The position numbers were made by a program, and so were the translations under genes. DNA of 64,000 bases from an uncultured Actinomycetes bacterium (lineage in GTDB: Bacteria; Actinomycetota; Thermoleophilia; UBA2241): the NCBI GenBank assembly GCA_963764225.1, contig CAVXRL010000007.1, positions 531,510 to 595,509 on the forward strand. The letters run 5' to 3'. The notes below the pieces were generated by a model, which worked only from the letters and a program-made list of their open reading frames with translations, made no database searches and was not told the DNA's origin. Below are positions 59,239-64,000 of this stretch, in pieces. The number at the start of each line of letters is the position of its first letter. Positions within the stretch are counted from its first letter, which is position 1.

Positions 59239-59475
59239 ATGGCAGTGATCAAGGAGCAGGTCGAGAAGGCCCTGGGCGACATCCGCCCGGCTCTGCAGGC
59301 CGACGGTGGCGACATCGAGCTGGTCGACGTGCAGGACGACGGCGTCGTCCAGGTGCGCCTCCAGGGCGCCTGTGCAGGGTGCCCGATGTCCCAGCTCACG
59401 CTCACCAACGGTGTGGAGCGCCACCTCAAGAACGTGGTGCCCGGCGTCGAGCGGGTCGAGAACATCGGGTTCTGA
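59239..59475 (+). CDS. NifU-like (Nfu-type) Fe-S cluster scaffold domain protein
   Basis: ...GGDIELVDVQDDGVVQVRLQGACAGCPMSQLTL... with a CxxC motif. Confidence 0.75.
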   Translation: MAVIKEQVEKALGDIRPALQADGGDIELVDVQDDGVVQVRLQGACAGCPMSQLTLTNGVERHLKNVVPGVERVENIGF

Positions 59476-59649
59476 GCTGCAAGCGTGCGGCGGCGGCCGG
59501 CCGGGTCACCCGCGGGTGACCCGGCCGGCCGCCGCCGTTCTGCCGTCCGCGGGCAACGGGCATATACTGTCAAGTCCGGACGGTAAGGCCGGAGGGTCTG
59601 CAGATCCGACGGGGCGCCGACAGGCGCCCCGAACGTCGAGGAGGTTGTC

Positions 59650-61881
59650 GTGAGGGGCCCACAAGACCACAGCCGCGCGGAGGAGTACCACGGTCGTGAG
59701 GCCGTCAAGGCCACGACCCGGGCGGCTCAGGAGGAGTTCACCGGCGAGCTGGAGGGCAAGGCCGAGCTCAGCGACGCCGACCTGCGCGACCCCGCGCTCT
59801 ACATCAACCGCGAGCTCAGCATGCTCGACTTCTTCGAGCGCGTCCTGGACGAGGCCCGCGACGGCAACAATCCCCTCATCGAGCGCGTCAAGTTCGTCGG
59901 CATCGTCGGGTCGATCCTCGGCGAGTTCTTCATGGTCCGCATCGCCGGCCTGCGCCAGCAGGTCGAGGCCGGGGTCACCGAGGCTTCGGCCGACGGCTAC
60001 ACGCCGCAGCAGCTGCTTCCCCTGGCGCAGGAGCGCGCCTGGAACGTCATGAAGGCGGCGCGCCAGTGCTTCAGCGAGCTCAGGCCCGAGCTCGACGCCG
60101 CCGGCATCCACATCGTCGACTACGGCGACCTCGGCGCCGAGCAGCGGGCCGAGCTCGGCCGGTACTACCAGGAGCAGGTCTTCCCGGTGCTGACGCCGCT
60201 GGCGTTCGACCCCGGGCGGCCCTTCCCGCACATCTCCAACATGAGCCACAACCTCGCCGTGCTCCTGCGCGACGCCAACGGCGACGACCGGTTCGCGCGC
60301 GTCAAGGTGCCGGATTCTCTGCCGCGCCTCGTGCCCGTGCGGCAGCCCGCCGGCGCGGAGGTCCCCGATGACGGCGTGGAGCACCAGTGGTTCACCTGGC
60401 TGGAGCAGGTCATCGCCGCCAACCTCGAGACCCTGTTCCCCGGTATGGACCTCCTCGAGTCGCACGCGTTCCGCGTGACGCGCGACGCGGAGCTCGCCAT
60501 CCAGGAACTGGAGGCGGACGACCTCCTCGAGACCATCGAGCAGTTCGTGCGCAGGCGCCGCTTCGGGTCGGTCATCCGCGTCACCATCGACGACAAGATG
60601 CCGCCGCCCGTGCGCGACATCCTCGCCGAGAACCTCGAGCTGGGCGAGTCCGACATCTACGAGGTGCGCTCGCCGCTCGGCCTCAGCAGCCTCTGGGGCG
60701 CCGGCGCCATCGACCGGCCGGAGCTCAAGTACGCGCCGCTGGTGCAGTCGGTGCCGCCGTCCATCGCCGGGCTGGAGGGGACCGAGCTCTTCGCCGCCAT
60801 CCGCCACCGCGACGTGCTGCTGCACCACCCCTACGACTCGTTCGACCCGGTGGTGGAGTTCCTGCGCGCCGCGGCCAACGACCCCGACGTGCTCGGCATC
60901 AAGCAGACGCTGTACCGCGTGGGGCGCAACGCGCCCGCCGTCGAGCAGCTCATGGAGGCGGCCGCCAACGGCAAGGACGTCGCCGTGCTGGTCGAGCTCA
61001 AGGCGCGCTTCGACGAGGAGAGCAACATCGGCTGGGCCAAGGCGCTCGAGCGTGAGGGAGCCCACGTCGTGTACGGGCTCATCGGGCTCAAGACGCACTG
61101 CAAGGCGCTGCAGGTGGTGCGCCGCGAAGGCGAGCGTATCCGGCGCTACACGCACCTCGGCACCGGCAACTACAACAGTGTCACCACCAAGCAGTACACC
61201 GACCTCGGGTACCTCACCGCCGACGACGACATCGGCGCCGACGCCAACCTCGTCTTCAACCACCTGACCGGGGGCGGGCAGGCCACCGAGTACCGCAAGC
61301 TGCTGGTCGCGCCGGTCAACATCCGCCAGGGCATCGCCGCCCGCATCGACCGCGAGATCGCCCACGCCGAGGCCGGGCGCGAGGCGCACCTCATCTTCAA
61401 GATGAACTCCCTGGTCGACAAGCCGATGATCCGCAAGCTGTACCGCGCCTCGCAGGCCGGGGTGAAGGTGGAGCTCAACGTGCGCGGCATGTGCTGCCTG
61501 CGGCCGGGCGTGCCCGGGGTGAGCGAGAACATCACCGAGCAGAGCGTGGTGGGCCGGTTCCTCGAGCACAGCCGCATCTACTGGTTCCGCAACGACGGCG
61601 ACGACGAGGTCATCCTCGGCAGCGCCGACCTCATGCCGCGCAACCTCAACCGCCGCGTCGAGATCCTGTTCCCCGTGCAGGACAAGGGCATCCTGCGCCG
61701 CATCCGCGACGAGATCCTGCCGGCGTACATGAGCGACAACATGAAGACCCGCGTGCTCGGTGCGGACGGCAGGTGGACGCACATCTGGCCCGCGGAGGGC
61801 GAGGAGCCGCTGAACGCGCAGGAGTGGTTCGTGGCGCGGGCGCGCGAGCAGGCCGTGGACGTGAGCGAGCTGGCCCGATGA
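59650..61881 (+). CDS. ppk: Polyphosphate kinase 1
   Basis: ...YINRELSMLDFFERVL... N-terminus. PLD-like C-terminal domains (...HCKALQVVRREG...; ...LEHSRIYWF...). Confidence 0.85.
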   Translation: MRGPQDHSRAEEYHGREAVKATTRAAQEEFTGELEGKAELSDADLRDPALYINRELSMLDFFERVLDEARDGNNPLIERVKFVGIVGSILGEFFMVRIAGLRQQVEAGVTEASADGYTPQQLLPLAQERAWNVMKAARQCFSELRPELDAAGIHIVDYGDLGAEQRAELGRYYQEQVFPVLTPLAFDPGRPFPHISNMSHNLAVLLRDANGDDRFARVKVPDSLPRLVPVRQPAGAEVPDDGVEHQWFTWLEQVIAANLETLFPGMDLLESHAFRVTRDAELAIQELEADDLLETIEQFVRRRRFGSVIRVTIDDKMPPPVRDILAENLELGESDIYEVRSPLGLSSLWGAGAIDRPELKYAPLVQSVPPSIAGLEGTELFAAIRHRDVLLHHPYDSFDPVVEFLRAAANDPDVLGIKQTLYRVGRNAPAVEQLMEAAANGKDVAVLVELKARFDEESNIGWAKALEREGAHVVYGLIGLKTHCKALQVVRREGERIRRYTHLGTGNYNSVTTKQYTDLGYLTADDDIGADANLVFNHLTGGGQATEYRKLLVAPVNIRQGIAARIDREIAHAEAGREAHLIFKMNSLVDKPMIRKLYRASQAGVKVELNVRGMCCLRPGVPGVSENITEQSVVGRFLEHSRIYWFRNDGDDEVILGSADLMPRNLNRRVEILFPVQDKGILRRIRDEILPAYMSDNMKTRVLGADGRWTHIWPAEGEEPLNAQEWFVARAREQAVDVSELAR

Positions 61882-62360
61882 AGGTCTACTTTCTGCGGCA
61901 CGGCAGGGCGGAGAGCCGCTCGGCGTGGCAGGGCCGCGACGCCGACCGGCCGCTCACGCCCGAGGGCGAGCAGGCGCTGCGGCGCGAGACCAGGGTCCTG
62001 CGGGACCTCGACCTCGCGCTCGACGCCATCGTCACGAGCCCGCTGGCGCGCGCGCGGCGCACGGCCGAGATCGTGGCGGAGGACCTGGGGCTGCAGGGCA
62101 AGCTCGTGGAGGACGAGCGGCTGGCGCCGGGGTTCGACGTGCGCCGCCTGGAGCAGGTGCTGGCGGCGCACGAGCCGGCCGACGCGCTCATGGTCGTCGG
62201 GCACGAGCCCGACTTCAGCGCCACCGTGGCCGAGCTCATCGGCGGCGGCGAGATCGTGATGAAGAAGGGCGGGCTGGCACGCGTCGACGTCACCGCGCCC
62301 GTGGCCGGCGGCGGCGAGCTGGTGTGGCTGCTCACGCCGCCTCTCCTGGGGAGCAGATGA
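61878..62360 (+). CDS. sixA: Histidine-phosphatase family protein (SixA-like)
   Basis: MKVYFLRHGRAE... with RHG motif. Start overlaps the ppk stop (ATGA). Confidence 0.7.
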   Translation: MKVYFLRHGRAESRSAWQGRDADRPLTPEGEQALRRETRVLRDLDLALDAIVTSPLARARRTAEIVAEDLGLQGKLVEDERLAPGFDVRRLEQVLAAHEPADALMVVGHEPDFSATVAELIGGGEIVMKKGGLARVDVTAPVAGGGELVWLLTPPLLGSR

Positions 62361-64000
62361 CGATGGAGGTCGAAGCCAAGTTCCTGGTGCCGGACGCAGA
62401 GACGCTGGCGCGTCTCGTCGAGACCGCGGCGCTGGGCGGCTACAGGGTCGAGCCCGGCGCCGAGCGCCACGACGCGGACACGTTCCTCGACACGCCGGGG
62501 CGGCGGCTGCTGGCGGCGGGGTACTACTTCCGCCGGCGGGAGACCGACGACGGCGTGCGGCTCACGCTCAAGCAGCTGGTCGCGCCGGCCGAGGGCGTGC
62601 TCCGGCGCGAGGAGATCGAGGCGCTGGTGGCCGCCGACGTGCCCGTGGCCGAGTGGCCGGACGGCGAGCTGCGCAGCCGTGTGGAAAGCCTCACCGGCGG
62701 CGAGCCGCTGGAGCCCATGCTCACGCTCTCGCAGGTGCGCGTGGCCCGCGTGGTGCGCAAGGCCAGGCGCGAGGTCGCCGAGCTCAGCTGCGACCGCGTC
62801 ACCGCGAGCGCGCAGGACGGCGAGCGCGGCTGGCTGGAGTGCGAGGTGGAGGCGCGCGGCCAGGGCGGCGACGCCGACGTGACCGCGCTGGCGGCCGTGC
62901 TGCGCGACGAGTGGGGCCTCACGCCCGAGGGCCGCGCCAAGTTCACGCGGGCGCTCGAGCTGGCCACCGACGAGGACGACGGCCTGCTCATGAGCGCCGC
63001 CGAGCGCGCCGTGCACGAGGCGCACGCCTCCGGCGACGGCGCGCGCGCCCGGCGCGCGCAGGCGCTGCTCGCGCTCGACCGCGGCCTCTCGCAGGTCGAG
63101 GCCGGCCGCGTGGCCGGGCTCTCGGACCGTCGCGTCCGCTACTGGCTCGCGCGCTACCGCGCCGAGGGCGCCGGCATCTACGGCGACGAGGCGGCCGACC
63201 CCGGCGCCGGCGCGACCGGCGAGGCCGCTCCCGCGGCGGCGCCGAAGAAGCGGCCCGACATCTTCCCGGCCGACACCATGACCGAGGCGGCCGTCAAGAC
63301 GCTCGCGTTCCACCTCGCCAGGATGCTCGAGCACGAAGAGGGCACCCGGCTGGGCGAGGACCCGGAGGAGCTGCACGACATGCGCGTCTCCACGCGCCGC
63401 ATGCGCATGGCCCTGCGCGTGTTCGCCGACTACCTGGACCCGGAGGTGATGCGGCCGGTGCTCAAGGGGCTCCGCCGCACCGGCCGTACGCTGGGCAACG
63501 TCCGCGACCTCGACGTGTTCAACGAGAAGACGCAGGTGTACCTGGACGGCCTGCCCGACGAGCACACGGGCGACCTCGACGGCCTGCTGGAGGCCTGGAA
63601 GGCCGAGCGCGACAAGCAGCGCGAGGCCCTGGTCCGGTACCTCGACGGCAGGCGCTACCACCGCTTCGTCGAGGCCGCGCAGGAGCTGCTCGACGGCCCG
63701 GTGGAGGCGCTGGCGCCGAAGCACGTCGTCTCGCCGCGCCCGCAGCGCGTGGCCCAGGTGCTGCCCGGCGTGCTCTACAAGGACATGGCCGTGGTGTGGG
63801 CGTTCGAGGGGCAGCTCGGCGGCCTCCAGACGCCGCTGCCGCGGTTTCACGCGCTGCGCAAGGCGTGCAAAGGCCTGCGCTACACGCTGGAGTTCTTCGA
63901 GGGCGTGCTGGGCCCGGGCGCGCGGCCGCTCATCAAGCGGGTCAAGGGCCTCCAGGACCACCTCGGCGACCTGCAGGACGCGGTGGTGACCAGCGGCGTG
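62357..64000 (+). CDS. CYTH domain-HTH-CHAD domain protein (polyphosphate-granule-associated type), 3' end beyond window
   Basis: MEVEAKFLVPD... CYTH start. CHAD-like helical C-terminus with conserved Arg/His. Start overlaps the sixA stop (ATGA). Confidence 0.65.
   Translation, partial: MTMEVEAKFLVPDAETLARLVETAALGGYRVEPGAERHDADTFLDTPGRRLLAAGYYFRRRETDDGVRLTLKQLVAPAEGVLRREEIEALVAADVPVAEWPDGELRSRVESLTGGEPLEPMLTLSQVRVARVVRKARREVAELSCDRVTASAQDGERGWLECEVEARGQGGDADVTALAAVLRDEWGLTPEGRAKFTRALELATDEDDGLLMSAAERAVHEAHASGDGARARRAQALLALDRGLSQVEAGRVAGLSDRRVRYWLARYRAEGAGIYGDEAADPGAGATGEAAPAAAPKKRPDIFPADTMTEAAVKTLAFHLARMLEHEEGTRLGEDPEELHDMRVSTRRMRMALRVFADYLDPEVMRPVLKGLRRTGRTLGNVRDLDVFNEKTQVYLDGLPDEHTGDLDGLLEAWKAERDKQREALVRYLDGRRYHRFVEAAQELLDGPVEALAPKHVVSPRPQRVAQVLPGVLYKDMAVVWAFEGQLGGLQTPLPRFHALRKACKGLRYTLEFFEGVLGPGARPLIKRVKGLQDHLGDLQDAVVTSGV

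Overview
High-GC (about 68-70%) bacterial chromosomal segment, compact and gene-dense, and probably from an anaerobe. Three blocks stand out. (1) At the left end there are two paralogous dimethylamine methyltransferase genes (mtbB) on the minus strand. Each carries a single in-frame TAG at exactly the conserved pyrrolysine position (860-862 and 4647-4649). Each is followed by a non-Pyl MttB-superfamily methyltransferase gene. A divergently transcribed TetR regulator lies beside mtbB1, and a shared palindrome TTAGTTA-N6-TAACTAA sits 30-40 bp upstream of both mtbB starts. No pyl biosynthesis genes, pylT or corrinoid protein genes lie in the window. (2) A roughly 26 kb minus-strand [FeFe]-hydrogenase supercluster spans 28.2-53.6 kb. 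It reads: Rex-DRTGG fusion regulator; RsbW-like ATPase fused to a degenerate hydrogenase sensor; PHP protein; HATPase protein; hydC2; thioredoxin-like ferredoxin; hydB2 with a C-terminal GltD-like domain; hydA2; response regulator; sensory [FeFe] hydrogenase fused to a histidine kinase (group C3-like); hybrid response-regulator kinase; response regulator; hydC1-hydB1-hydA1; GAF histidine kinase; and the maturase set hydG, TM1266-like regulator, aspA-like lyase, hydF, hydE. (3) At the right end there is an Rrf2-NifU pair with a perfect palindrome and a ppk1-sixA-CYTH/CHAD polyphosphate cluster. The window also holds five tRNAs (Thr-CGT, Thr-GGT, Tyr-GTA, Met-CAT, Pro-CGG), a tRNA-bounded accessory stretch, and housekeeping genes (photolyase, SDRs, glutaredoxin-like proteins, aminotransferase, rhomboid, M24 peptidase). 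Several genes carry apparent +/-1 frameshifts: hydE, TM1266-like, hybrid kinase, hydB2, HATPase, the RsbW-hydrogenase sensor, an ENPP-like phosphodiesterase and an M6 peptidase. This suggests either indel errors in GC-rich runs or real pseudogenes. Many long GC-rich shadow ORFs in the six-frame track were not called.
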